Shown: positions 44,726 to 58,244 of the stretch, in pieces | How the letters are laid out: each line of letters begins with the position of its first letter | Numbering within the stretch: the first letter of the stretch is position 1 | Source: Octopus sinensis | Lineage: Eukaryota | Length of the DNA: 64,000 nucleotides | Assembly (NCBI RefSeq): GCF_006345805.1 | Contig: NC_043001.1 | Span: 118,606,001 to 118,670,000 of the forward strand | Direction of reading: 5' to 3' | The notes under the pieces: model-generated | What the model saw: only the letters and a program-made list of their open reading frames with translations | Told to the model about the DNA's origin: nothing | Databases searched by the model: none | Made by a program: the position numbers and the translations under genes

Positions 44726-47700
44726 ACTTTATGCAAGTTTGCTACAGTCTGTGTGCTTGTGCACTTATTCTCAAGTCTCTAATTATTTTTCTACATTGAA
44801 CTATCAAGTTATTTATACGTACAGAAATGGCGGAGGTAAAGATCATGGACCGCCCCACCCCCTGCGGGGATTCCGAACCTGCAAAAAAATGTGCATTTCA
44901 AAATTTAAATTCCCCACCACCCAATTTCTTAAATTTTCACTTAAAAAGAATTTTTTTAAAGAATTTTTCATACATAGAAAAATATGGAGATTATGATTCT
45001 GAATTTTGTAAAATTTCAATCCCACCCCTAAAACCCACCACCCATGACAAAAAGTGAAATTAAAGTGTTTTCTCTACTAATGTTTCACGCATTCATAGAA
45101 TTATAAAATAGCAGACGTAAAAAGTATCTAAACAGAAAACCTGACATACTAGAAACACGTTTTCAAAATTTTAATACTAATTACCAAAGACCTGTGACCA
45201 TTCCGTCTTTCTACCCAGACATAATGGACTCTACGTGTATATCACAGGACAGAGGTTTTTCTATTCTGTATATAAAAAAAGTTTGGCTATCTTTTCTAGC
45301 AGGTCATGCAACCACATACAGGCTCCGTCGTTGGTCTGTCTCAGTAATAATTTTGTTATTTAACCTCAAATCAACATTGATACAGCAAACCTATGTTGTT
45401 ATAAAAACTTCTCTTGTTATTAAAGAAGGGGTTTTGTTAGGGGAGCGGACTCGGAAGTTGTTCGCAAACAGCAGCAGTAATTTTCTTCAGCTGAATACAC
45501 ATCATTGGTTATTTACAGAGGTATTTGCATTTTTTAGGGCTTTCTTGCTCAAGAGTTAACATGAAGCACAATAAAGACCCAGTTTATGACAAGGTTTGCT
45601 CGCTGTGAAATTCCCACCATAAACCAAAGCTGTTTAGTGCAAGAGATGTCTCCAGTGGTTGGAGCGGAATAGATAAAAACACACAATAGAAATTTCTTAT
45701 ATTCAAGGTACTGTGATTTCAGGTATCTAGTTCATTCAAGAAGAACTAAGGTGTTTTTTTTTAAAAACAACAGAAGATAAGTATTGGCATTTGCCATTAT
45801 GTGATGAAGGGGTTGTGTGATGTTTTTACATCTCACAATTTAATAATGTAACCTGTCAGAAACATAGAAATCTGTTGGCATATTTATGTTCCTGTTCAAC
45901 TCAGGTTTCTGTTGAGTCACACGGATGAAAGATAAATCTTCCTCTGTGCAGGATGCCAAATTATTACAAATGGGTTTGTTTTTCTTTCTTTTTAAGGGGA
46001 ATGAACTTAGTATTGCAAGTCAGCAAGCTATAGCACAATGGCTGCTCCTGCTGTGACCACAGTGGTCTTTACCACCTGAGATATTTTATTAGAGTTACAC
46101 TATGATGTAATACACAACACCAATGGTAAGTGCAGAAGAATAGCAGCTGTCACATGGACTGAATTCACTTTATCCTCTTTCACTGCATGAGCCTATGAAG
46201 GAGCTTCTAGAAATGGAAAACAAATGTTAACTGCTAGAAATGGCAGCCAAATCTCCCTCACATCAAACATCATGTTAAAGGAAACTACATTGAATAATAT
46301 AATATATTCTTCCTGGATACACACTGCATGGGGTAGTCATGAGTAGAATGCCTTTGAGTGTAGGTCTGCTCAATGATGGTTGACTTAGAGTTTAAGAAAA
46401 AGGTGCACAGAGCTAGATTGAATAGTGGAAGAGAGAAAGTAGAACATGTCTGGACCACAACTCTGCATCATATGCAATGAACTACTGCATGTCAGCATGT
46501 CTTGTATGTCTTCATGTTTTTGGTTAAGTCAGTGAGGAAGCTTATATGTAGTCACCTGATTTACTAGAAATAGCTGCCAGATCTCCCTCACAGGACACTT
46601 TAACATCTTAAAGACAAGAAGGCCACATCAGATGATGTAGTTTCTGATGCACAAGCAGATAAAATAGTTACAGTTGGAATGCACGAAATCATAAGTTTGT
46701 TTGATCAAGGATGGCCTGAGACTAGACAAGTATGGAAACCATTTCTAATCACTACTACAACCTCCACAAGTCAAATAATGATCCCCTATACCAGTGGTCC
46801 TTAACCATTTTTTTTTTACTTATGGACCCCTTTGATTCCCATTTAACTCAGGTGGACCCTTATAGCTATTCGATGTTTAAGAAATCCCATTATATTTTTA
46901 AAACTAAATGTTATTAGAAATTGTAAAAAGAAGAAATTGCTAAACACTTGGTGTATTGCAAAAATATAACTAATTTATTGCACATAAATTCTAATAAAAT
47001 CTTTTATGGACCCCCAAGGGTCATATGAACCCTACTTGAGATCCAATGTCCTATACAGTCAGCAACCTGCTAGAAATAGCAACCAAAGTGCCCTGCAATT
47101 ACATCCTGCCTTCAATAAAGAAGTATATATTGATCATTGTACAAAAGGATGGGATTGTTGTGGTTACATCTAATTAATAATTAATTGTTCATCTGACTGT
47201 ATATTAAGTTTACTTAGTTAATGGGTTGACTAAATTAATTCAATGTATTATTGGAACTTGTATTATTGACTGCAAAGGGATGAAAGTTAAAGTCCATCCA
47301 CTTCAGGGAGGATTTGAATTCAGAATATTTTCTTTTATCTTTTAGCCAGGGGAGAAGGCAGTACCCATGACCTGTTGCAAGACCTCCGAGATAGGAGGGA
47401 GGAAGATATCCTCAAACCAAAAGCCTGGCTTAAATGATTGCAACTGAGAGGACTCTACTAATGGCACTGGAAGTACCAGGTGGTGATGTTAAAGTAGGTG
47501 ATGGTTTAAATCTACCATCCAAATAGGCTGTAGTGGTATTTGAACTCAAAACACAAACAGCTGGAGCAAATACTGCAAGGTACCCTATCTGATGTTATAG
47601 TTCTGCAAATCCGTCACCTTGGATTGGTATTTTTATTTTATCAACCTTGAAAGGATGAAAGGCAAACTTGATCTCAGTGGGATTAGAACACCATATGTAT

Positions 47701-48215
47701 GTATGTGTGGATGTTTATATTCTGTGTTCAAATGAAAAATAGCTGAGCTACAGCCATTGTTGCCTGTTACTATTTCCATGTCAACATATCATCCTTTAAC
47801 AAGTGGAATGAAGATTCTTTTACTATAAAAATAAGTAGGGGTTAGTGGCAGGAAGGGCATCCAGATATGAAGCAATGCCTTGATAATACGTATGCATCTG
47901 ACCCATGCTAACATGAGAAAACAGATGTAAAAACGAATGAAGACAGGCTAAAGGCCACAAATTTAAAGGGGAAGATTTTAATTTATCACAGTAGTTTACT
48001 GGTACATTTTTTTATCATCTTCTGAAAGATGAAAGACAAGCATTGGCAGGATTTGAATTCAGGACAAAAAAGACCGTAACTAAATATTGCAAAGTATTTT
48101 GTCTGCTATTTTAATAATTTTTTTCTCATCCTCATTGTCATTGTTGTTTAATGTCAGTTTTCTATGCAACGATGATAATATCAAGTACAACAACAATTGT
48201 CATTTTATCTTTTAG

Positions 48216-48319
48216 CTTGTGCTGAAATATTTTACAAAGCTGGCTGTCGAGTGATTCTAGCTGGCAGGAATTCAGAAAGGTTAGAGAAAGTCAAAACTGA
48301 ATTGGTTGGATTGAAAGAA
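48216..48319 (+). CDS. DHRS7B: DHRS7B-like, exon 2
   Basis: Acceptor tttag ends at 48215. Reads ACAEIFYKAGCRVILAGRNSERLEKVKTELVGLKE. Donor gtaagc at 48320. Confidence 0.9.
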
Positions 48320-48644
48320 GTAAGCAGTACCTGTTTATATTATATATTTATGTTTGTGTGTTCCTGTGTGCACACTTACTTGAGCACAGTCATACAATGA
48401 CAAATGCACAACTGTGTAAAGACACAGAGGCAAATGTTCACATAGATCAATGTGTGTGTATATTTACAAAGCAGTATGAGTTAGCATGTGGATTACTGTT
48501 GGTTTTGTGGTCTTGTTCTACAGAATGTTACAGAAATTTTCCATACTGCATAGTTATGCAGTGGCCTGAAGAGTGAAACAACAAAACTATCAACAATCTG
48601 CATGATAAATTAACTTAGATTGCCTTATATCTCTGTATTAAGTA

Positions 48645-48670
<26 letters not shown>

Positions 48671-48676
<6 letters not shown>

Positions 48677-49037
48677 ATACAAAGTGGGACAAGAATGCAA
48701 AACATTCAAATAGATGATACAAAAAACACGGACGGGTCATTCGAAGCCTCTAATCTTCAGTCAAGAACCGGATCATCCTCGCAATTTCAGCTGATTAATC
48801 TTGAGATTGCTCCGATCTGGCCAGCATATACATTTGATCCTTTTTCCAAGAAATTTAATGCTCGTAGCTTAGTTTTTCCTTGGGGCTGGCCAGATCGGAG
48901 CAATCTCAAGATTAATCAGCCGAAATTGCGAGGATGATCTGGTTCTTGTCTGAAGATTAGAGGCTTCGAATGACCCGCCCATGTTTTTTGTATCATCTAT
49001 TTGAATGTTTTGCGTTCTTGTCCCATTTTGTATTTTT
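48671..49037. repeat. Long inverted repeat: about 155-bp arms (48671-48825, 48885-49037) with 59-bp spacer, in DHRS7B intron 2
   Basis: The arms are near-perfect reverse complements (only a handful of mismatches by eye), embedded in (TA)n on both sides. Confidence 0.9.
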
Positions 49038-49606
49038 ATATATATATTATTGCAGCGTACGTACACCTTATTCTCTTATATGTAAATATATATATATATT
49101 TATGATGTGTTCCCTGCAAGTATGAATCAAACACTTTGTTTTCATCATCATTTTATAACAATATATGCACACACACACATATATATACAGAGAGAGAGAG
49201 GTGTCTGATTAAGAAGTTCATCTCCCAACCACATGATTTTGGGTTCAATTCTACTGTGTGGTAAAATATATAATATTGATAATAAAGGGAATGAAGAATT
49301 TGAACCTTCAAACTTTGTTTATTTACACTTGTTTTATTCATAATAATTGTCTGCCCCGTGTTTTTGATCTCATTAATTGCATTTTGTTGCATATTTATAT
49401 GCAGCAAATTATGCATTATTAGTACAATCTCTTCAGGGTGTATGAATATAACATTGTTTGAAGAAGAATTTTCCTCTGTTATTAGTTTGAATTAGGCTTG
49501 GTAGCAGTAATAGCAAACCATGACGGTCATCAATGAGCTTCGGTATCTGCCTGGATATTATATCCCTCCTACTACTATATATATATATATAATATCCTAG
49601 CATGAA

Positions 49607-49915
49607 GGCACATGGCTCAGTGGTTAGAATGTTGGGCTCACAATCATGAGGTATTGAATACAATTCCTGGACCGGGCTGTGTGTTTTGTTCTTGAGCAAG
49701 ACACTTTATTTCATATTGCTCCAATTCACTCAGCTGTAGAAATGAGCTGCAACATCACTGGTGCCAAGCTATACTGGCCTTTGCCTTTCTCTTGGATAAC
49801 ATTGATGGTGTGTATGGGCAACTGCTGGTCTTCCAGAAACAACCTTGCCGAGACTTGTGTCTCAAAGGGGAACTTTCTGGGTGCAATCCCATGGCCATTT
49901 ATGACTGAAGCGGGT
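49607..49915 (+). mobile_element. tRNA-headed SINE with conserved central domain
   Basis: ggcacatggctcagtggttagaatg (A-box) head followed by gttcttgagcaagacactttatttca, a central motif also seen at about 31450. Confidence 0.65.
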
Positions 49916-50397
49916 TCCAAAAAATATAATCCTAATAAACCAAATTTGAGACTGCTGTATTTGTAGAGGTTTTGTTGAAAATGTTTCAGCAGTATTCCTT
50001 ATGTTGAAATTTTACAGTTCTGATAAGCTCCAGAGAAGTGGAGTTAGTGACCCCTTCCCCTCATGGTTGTAGCTACTTTACTTGATCTGTTAATGCACTT
50101 AAGAAAGTACACACCAGCTGATGGAGAAGAAAATTCTTCTAATGAATTAACTGTGTTACTGCCAGGCAAAGACCCAGTCGAATAAAACTTTGGTTTGGAT
50201 ACATATTCTTTTAATCCTCATTATTTAAACATATGACACATGTATCTCTCTCTTTCTCAGTCTCTCTCTCTCTCTCATTTTCACACACACACACATTCTC
50301 TCTCTCTTAGCTATCATTTGTATTTGCAGGTATATATCATTATTCTAATATACACATATATGCACTTTTCTAAAATTATGTTTATTATTATTTGCAG

Positions 50398-50617
50398 GGC
50401 TGCAGTGACTACAAACCAGCTATTTTGCAGATAGATTTGTGTGATTTGGCATCAATACCAAAGAAAGTTGCTGAAGCTGTAAGTTTCTATGACAGAGTGG
50501 ACATCCTTATTAACAATGCTGGTCAGAGTTATCGTGGTCAAGTATTAGAGACAATTTTAGATGTTGACCAGAGACTCATGATGGTCAACTACTTTGGACA
50601 TGTAGCTATTACAAAAG
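50398..50617 (+). CDS. DHRS7B: DHRS7B-like, exon 3
   Basis: Acceptor ttgcag ends at 50397. Reads ...QIDLCDLASI...VDILINNAGQSYRG...MMVNYFGHVAITK, with the SDR NNAG and NYFG motifs. Donor gtgagt at 50618. Confidence 0.92.
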
Positions 50618-51751
50618 GTGAGTTGAATAGAAAATATTGTTTACTTATAAACTCTAATTTAAGATAGCAGAAATATCAACAGGCCGATTGAGAGAACATG
50701 AACTATATATCTGCCACCTGAATGGTGACTGTGTTATAGAAATCTACTATTATATCTCTCTCAACTTAAAATAATATAAACTAAATTATTGCGAAACGTA
50801 TAGAAAACAGTGAATTAAAGAAGGCTTGGGAAAGGTAGTTGTAAAAACAAAACAATATTAACAAAGACATTGAAATGTTATGTTAGAAATATTCATTTTG
50901 GGTTATTTCTGGTGACATACACCTTTTCAAAGAGAACAAAAGGTTGAGAAGTAAACATGTCCATTAGGTTACTGCTAGTTTGTTTTGATGCTTGAGACTA
51001 CAAATAGCACCAGAAATCAATATGCCCTGTTTCCAAACAAGGTAATATTTCCCCATGGCTGGGTACGTTTGCATAGAAGACTGGAAATGAGGGTCACCAC
51101 TTGTGTGACGATGACATTTGTTTATAACTCTCATGTTATGTCAAACAAGAAGACATATATATGTGTATATTCAGTTTTTATCTATCAAATCCACTCACAA
51201 GGCTTTGGTTGGCCTGGGACTATAGTAGAAGACAATTGCCTCAAGTGTCATGCAGTGGGGACTGAACTCCAAACCACATGGTTGAGGAGCAAGCATCTTA
51301 ATAAATGCAGCCATGTCTTTTATTACATTTTTTTAAAAGACACCTTATCTTACAAAACCTCAGGATTTTTCACAGAATCCTTTTGCAGAAACACTTGACT
51401 TGATAGAAAATAGCAGCCAAATCTCCCTGAAATTAAACTATGTTGTTTTATTAAAATGAAGTACACATTAGATAATATACTCTACTACTTGATCAAGGCT
51501 GACCTAGAACTAGGCGACAACAACAGCTGTAGATGTAAGGTTTGAACTAATGTGCATGTCATCAACATCTTTGCCTGAGTTATTGTGCATGCGTGGAAAT
51601 GTCTGTACATACGAGGACGTAACTGACCAACTTTCACGAGAAAAATCTTTTCTAAGTTATCTGAAGTATTATTATACTCTTTTACAAAAAAAAACAGCAT
51701 TGTGAAAAAAACAAAAAAAAAACAAATGTCATCTCCGTTTTTATCTTTCAG

Positions 51752-51844
51752 CTCTTCTTCCTGTTATGATAAGTGAAGGAGGTGGACATATTATTGGAAT
51801 CAGTAGCATCCAAGGTAAAATTGCAATACCATATCGGACCGCAT
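51752..51844 (+). CDS. DHRS7B: DHRS7B-like, exon 4
   Basis: Acceptor tttcag ends at 51751. Reads [31 protein letters not shown], with the catalytic Ser in ISS. Donor gtaagt at 51845. Confidence 0.92.
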
Positions 51845-53319
51845 GTAAGTCAAATTTATAATGGAAAAATATTTTTTGCCATAATTCATAATTTCTGTTT
51901 ATGTTAAGTGGAAATATGGAGAGGAAACTGAGTAAAAAGAGGTAAAACAGAGCTAGAACAAATACTGTAAGACATGTTATCTTACATTCTTTGGTATGTG
52001 ACATATTTCATGACACCTCACAGACATAATGTATCATCTCTGCTTTTACCCTTTGCTAACTTCTACTATTTTGAGCTGGACACTTTTATACTTACTTTAT
52101 TAATAAAAACCTCTCGTGCTACTCTCATGCATTTTATGTCTCATACTAAATATTTCACATACCTATAATTTTCTTGCAGACATCTATGTAGTGATCGTGA
52201 AATTAAGCATATTTCTCTTACCATCTGGGAATTCTTGAAAAACTCATGCACATTACACTTCCTTTATAAAATTTATGTATAACAACCTACAGAATGGCAA
52301 ATATTTAGACTTTGCTCATATTATGAGGAAATATATAAACTTGCTTTATTAGAGGTAATGAGAATCCAAGTATGATTTTAATCTGAATTTCTGAGACATT
52401 GGATTATCTTTGTCATACACTGATATATTCAGACTTATGTGTCCCCAACTTGGTTGTTATAATCACAATGTTATGGTGGTTGTACACTCTGGCCATCTCC
52501 AAGTGTTGTATTCAGTAACATTTTCAGGAATTTGACTCAAATGTTCTGTCAAATTCATTGGGATAGATTGTTTTCCTTCCATTAACCATCCCTGGGATAT
52601 TCTCATAGTAGCAATTCTATTGATAATGGTGATAATGCTTATTTGTTCTGCTTGAATCGGAGTACATATAGATCAACTGGTCCAAGGACTGAACTCACAA
52701 TCACCAGGTAAATGACAACACTTAACACTAGAGATTTAATCAATACTAATGTTTACTATTTCTCTGATTGATCTGGTTCAAAAGGAACTAGCAAGCAACA
52801 TTACAAGCAGGAGAGTAATTAACACCAAACTCTCTATGGTATGAACAACAAAATAAGAAAAATCTGCATGGTTTTAATAATGGGTTGGGTTTCGAATGCT
52901 GAGAACATTACTAAATACAACAGGCATCTGAAGAAAGGCAAAAATACACTGGCCAAAATATTCTGACTATAAGCAACTAAGAGACACTAGTTCAAATGTC
53001 GTTAGTGTACAATCCCTCTCTCTCTCTCTTTCGGAGAGGCACTGAGCTGCTATACGCACACATACACACACGGCAGTAACTTCCACCTACCGAATTCAAT
53101 CACAAAGCTTCGGTCGGCTCGGGGCTATAGCGGAAGACACCTACCCAAAGTGCCATGCAGTGGGACTGAACCCGAAACCATGTAGTTAGGAAGCAATAAT
53201 CAAACCAAATGTGCCTTCATAAAAGTATTTGAGGAGGAATCCTTTTGTCAAAATAAGTAGAATTCTGAGTTCTGTATGTTGTGACCATAATCATTCTTTT
53301 ATTATATCATTCCCACTAG

Positions 53320-53472
53320 ATGCAGCATCAAAACATGCATTCCAAGCTTTCTTTGATAGTTTAAGAGCAGAAGTGTGTGACAAGAACATCACTGTGAGTG
53401 TCTTAAGTCCAAGCTATATCCATACTAATATTTCTATAAATGCTGTACGTGCCGATGGATCACAACATAATG
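53320..53472 (+). CDS. DHRS7B: DHRS7B-like, exon 5
   Basis: Acceptor cactag ends at 53319 and T+AT gives Tyr. Reads [19 protein letters not shown]...[14 protein letters not shown], with the catalytic YxxxK. Donor gtaagt at 53473. Confidence 0.92.
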
Positions 53473-54011
53473 GTAAGTCCTTTAGTTAATTCCTTGTATT
53501 CTTATTTTTCCCACTCAGCTTGTTTATCTGATATTGCCATTTCTGTCTGTCTCTTAACTGACTGAGTAATATATTTGTTTCTTCTCCCATGTATGTGTAT
53601 AGTTGCACATGTGTAGATGTGAGATGAGTGGATAAGATATTGGGCTTCATGCTCATGCATTGTGAGTTCAAATCGGCTCAGGTTATTTTGTTGTATTTCT
53701 GAGGAGAATGCTATAGCCACAATACCTCAGTCTGTTTTATTGTTGGGAATTGATACCCAAGTTTCTAGGATTTATGTAAAACATTTCATGATGTATATGT
53801 ATGGTTTTAGAAGAGGTACACCATGCCTTTGCATGTCATAAGATGTAGCTAAATGGGTTGGCACCACAAAAGGCATCTGCTCATAAAACACTGCTTCAAA
53901 AAGTCCTAACCAACTCATGCTAGCATGGAAAAGCAGATATAAGAACAATGATTTTAAATATATAAGATTTGTGAAGAACAGGTTAGGTTTGATCTAAGAA
54001 TGTTGAACTTA

Positions 54012-54847
54012 GGCGCAAGAGTGGCTGTGTGGTAAGAAGGTGCAGGAGTCTATTCAGTAAGTAGCTTGTTTCCCAACCGCATGGTTCTGGGTTCAGTCCC
54101 ACTGTATGACACCTTGGGCACGTCTTCTACTATAACCTCTGATCAACCAAAGCCTTGTGAGTGGATTTGGTAGATGGAAACTGAAAGAAGCCCATCATAT
54201 ACACACACACATATATATATATATATATACTCTTTTCCCTTTTACTTGTTTCAGTCATTTGACTGCGGCCATGCTGGAGCACCGCCTTTAGTCGAGCAAA
54301 TCGACCCCCAGGACTTATTCTTTGTAAGCCCAGTACTTATTCTATCGGTCTCTTTTGCCGAACTGCTTAGTGACGGGGACGCAAACACACCAGCATCGGT
54401 TGTCAAGCGATGTTGGGGGGGGGGGACAAACACAGACACACATATATATATATACATATATACGACAGGCTTCTTTCAGTTTCCATCTACCAAATCCACT
54501 CACAAGGCATTGGTCGGCCCGGGGCTATAGCAGAAGACACTTGCCAAAGATGCCACGCAGTGGGACTGAACCCGGAACCATGTGGTTGGTAAGCAAGCTA
54601 CTTACCACACAGCCACTCCTGCGCCTATGTATATATATATATGTGTGTGTGTGTGTCTATGTTTGTTCCTCCCACCATTGCTCAACAATCGGTGTCAGTG
54701 TGTTTACACTCCTGTAACTTAGCGGTTCGGCAAAAGATGCTGATAGAATAAGTACTAGTCTTACAAAGAATAAGTCCTGGTGTCAGTTTGTTCAACTAAA
54801 GGCAGTGCACCAGCATGGCCACAGTCAGATGACTGAAACAAGTAAAG
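54012..54847. mobile_element. Cluster of four SINEs forming two interleaved inverted pairs in DHRS7B intron 5
   Basis: A 54012-54192 and A' 54468-54625 are reverse complements. B 54240-54430 and B' 54661-54847 are reverse complements. Confidence 0.85.
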
Positions 54848-55558
54848 AAGAAGATTAAATGACCCTGGATTGGGAGAAGTGTAACAATACTATATTGCAA
54901 ATCTGTTAAGTCAATGCTGCAGGGGATAAATGAATATTAGAGCAGTGACGACAATGAGTACGGGGCTCTAAAATAAACATAGCTGTTCTGCTTTACTTTC
55001 CTTCCTTCAGGAACCTTGAAAAGGATGTGATGGGATATTCTTTTTTCTCTGTTTTAAAGCATTGCTCATGAACTTGGTAGGTCGTTTGAGATTAATATGG
55101 TTGATGTTTGGTTTAAATATTTGTAAACTGACTCCTGCAATTAACAGCTCAGCGGCCAGACGAGCTTTCATGTATGATTTGTAAACAAACAACTCGCAAC
55201 TGTTTTTGTATGATGGTGACTTTTGTTTACAGTTGGTGTGAACATGTTAAAACGAGGAAAACACACACACACATGTTCATTCAAACAGATACATGTATGA
55301 TGGACTTCTTCCTGTTTCTGTCTACCAAATTTCTCTTACCAATCTTTGGTCAGCCACAGCATAGTCACAGAAGACATCAGCTGACAGTGTGACAATGTCC
55401 ATACAGAGGTTGTGAACTCTAAACCATGTGGTTCCAATAAGAACTTCTTGACCACATGGCTATGTCTGTGCCTATGTTTGGGAGTTAAAATGTGATATTT
55501 CTTTTTTATTGTATCATGCTATTTAAAAATATAATTTCTTTCTTTCATATTTTTCTAG

Positions 55559-55770
55559 TTTTAGATAACTCAATTGCAAAAGGAATGAAAGCAGAATATG
55601 TTGCTCAACGTATTCTAGATATGGTTCTATGGAAAGAGCAAGATGTCTTACTTGGTCCTCTTCATCACAGAATTGCCTGCTATCTACGACCAATCTTCCC
55701 AAATATATTCTTTTATATAATGGCAAAGAGAGCATTAAAGGAGCGTAATGAATTTGATAAGGAGAAGTAG
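55559..55770 (+). CDS. DHRS7B: DHRS7B-like, exon 6 (last)
   Basis: Acceptor tttctag ends at 55558. Reads VLDNSIAKGMKAEYVAQRILDMV...YLRPIFPNIFFYIMAKRALKERNEFDKEK*. TAG at 55768-55770. Confidence 0.9.
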
Positions 55771-57149
55771 AGTCCCTCATATTTGTTCATATAGTTTCCT
55801 AATTCCCTTTCTTTTGCTTAATAATAAAATTTCCTACAAACTGAAATGACATTAAGCCTTTTTGAATACATGACTACTAATTAAAAATAAATTGTTTTCT
55901 ATTAAGGTTAAAGTCGTAACCATTTACAAAATGGTACGGTGAATATCATCATCATCATCATTTAATGTCTGCTTTCCATGCTGGCATGGATTGGAGACTT
56001 TGACAGGAGCTGGCTAGGCAGAAGACTGCACTAGGCTTCAATTTGGGCATGGCTTTTACAGCTGGATGCCCTTCCTAACACCAACCATCCCACAGAGTGG
56101 ACTGAGTGCTTTTTACATGGCACCAGCACTGGTAGGGTCATTCTTGCAAGACAAAGAGCCTTTGAGAGGGAATGGCTTTGGAGGAGGTGGTCTTGTGCCA
56201 GATGATGAAAGGTTATTAGAGTGTGACTGAGAGACAGAAACAGGTGTCTTGCTGTAGAGGAGATACATGGTTAACCAGTCAGAGAGAGAGAGAGAGAGAG
56301 TGGTGAAGATTGAGGCCAGAAACAGGTGTGTTGCTGTAAAGGAGACACATGGTTAACCAGCGAGAGGAAGAGAGCAGGAGAAAGAGAGAGTGGAAGAGAG
56401 CAGGAGAGAGATGGTTGCGAAGTGCCAGGGCATACTCACACAGAATGGGGAACAAAATATAAATGGGATGGTAGAGTTCTTTTATCTTTTACTTGTTTCA
56501 GTCATTTGATTATGGCCATGCTGGGGTACCACCTTGAAGGGTTTTAGTTGAACAAATCGACCCTAGGACTTATTTTTTTGAAGCCTAATACTTATTCTAT
56601 CTGTCTCTTTTTCTGAACTGCTAAGTTATAGGGATGTAAACACACCACCACCAGTTGTCAAGCGGTGGTGGGGGACAAATATAGACACACACACACACTT
56701 AGATATATACATACATATATACAACAATCTTCTTTCAGTTTCTGTCTACCAAAACCACTCACAAGGCTTTGGTTGGCTGAAAGCTATAGTAGAAGACCCG
56801 TGCCCAAGCTTCATACCACAAAGTTGAGATGGATGGTGGCAAGGTGCTAAGCCATACCCTTAAGGTATGCAGGTCAGGATATAAATGGTAGGGTATTGCC
56901 ATAGGTGCACGAGTAGGGAGTAGAAACTTCACATTAATGCAAAGAGTGTTGGGGTAGGGGAATGCAGTAACTGTTGAAACGTGGGTATATAGAGGGGTGA
57001 GGGACAAGATAACAATGATTCAGTGAGGGCAGGATTGGAGAGCAAGAGATAAGCATAGTGCATGAAAAGAGGAAATGTGAGGAAGAGATGTAGTTTTGGT
57101 TTGTTGGGGTAAGGTGTGGGAAAAACTTTATTGTTGTTACATGTGGGTG

Positions 57150-58232
57150 GAACACACAGCACTTCTAGAGCTGTTTTGCTGAAGTGGGTGGGTTTTCTCA
57201 AGAACCTCATATTGCCAGACATTTTGGTCCATTGTCATCTCCCTGAGGCTCAACATCCTGAGAGTGGTCGTCACCACTTCATCCCATGTCTTCCTTTTCC
57301 ACAGGTGTCATTCATTTCCAGTGATCAGCGATTCTTTAATAAGCTGTCCTCATTCACACAAATCACATGTCCAAACCAACATAGTCTTTTGCACTTTGTC
57401 GTACATGCACACTGATGTTTCACATCCATCAGAGCATACTACCTTCATTCCTCTCGATGCATATCTTCTGCATTCAGAGCCCAGGTCTCACTGCAACATA
57501 CAATCTACCTTTCACTTTGAGTGAGAGAGTCTTTTTGTTGCCAACAGAGGTAATAACTCTCTGAACTTCCTCCATCCTATTTTTATTCTAGAAACAATAC
57601 TTTGAGCATCTCCCACCATTGGTAATTTGGTTGCCTAGGTAACAGAAACTATCTACAACCTCAAGAGAGCCTCCTGGGCATTTGAGAAAGTCTAACCCCT
57701 GTTTGCCCCTAGTGCTTATTGATCCTGCATATCTGCCACATACAAGGACACCTTTATCTGTTAATCTAGCTGTGATTCCACTGTACCTCTTGTGTATCCA
57801 TAGCTTTAACTGGATGCAGCAAATGGAATTACTTCCTACTCCTTTCCTACATATTGTGCAGGGCCATTTACCTGATGGAAATCATCTTATTTGCTTTCTT
57901 GCTAACAACTTTTGTCTTCACTAGGTTAACTTTAAGGTCCTTTGATTCCAGGTTTTGCTTCCATACCCGAAATTTCTTCTCCAATTCTGCTATAGATTCT
58001 GCAATAAGAGTGAGGTCATCAGCATAAAGCAGTTCCCATGGCAATCTAGTTTTGAATTCCTCTGTTATGATCTGAAAGACTGATAAATAAGAGTGGACTG
58101 TGAACTGAGCCCTGTTGGACATCTACTTGCATGCTAAATTCATCACTGTATTCATGGCTATTCTCATCCTACTGAAAGCACCGCTGTACATGGCTTGTGC
58201 TGCTTTGAAAAGCCACTCATTTACCCCTAACT
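57150..58232 (-). mobile_element. RTE-clade LINE fragment (RT and 3' end), degenerate
   Basis: LGVNEWLFKAAQAMYSGA..., VFQIITEEFKTRLPWELLYADDLTLIAESIAELEKKFRVWKQNLESKDLKVNLVKTKV, and 3'-terminal KTWDEVV...MTMDQNVW. Confidence 0.85.
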
Positions 58233-58244
58233 TTATACATATAT

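Noticed and set aside
52925-52975. CTGAAGA...GGC...GCC...AAAA as a second hammerhead
   Set aside because: No GAAA core, no helix I or III pairing, and no PLE sequence nearby.
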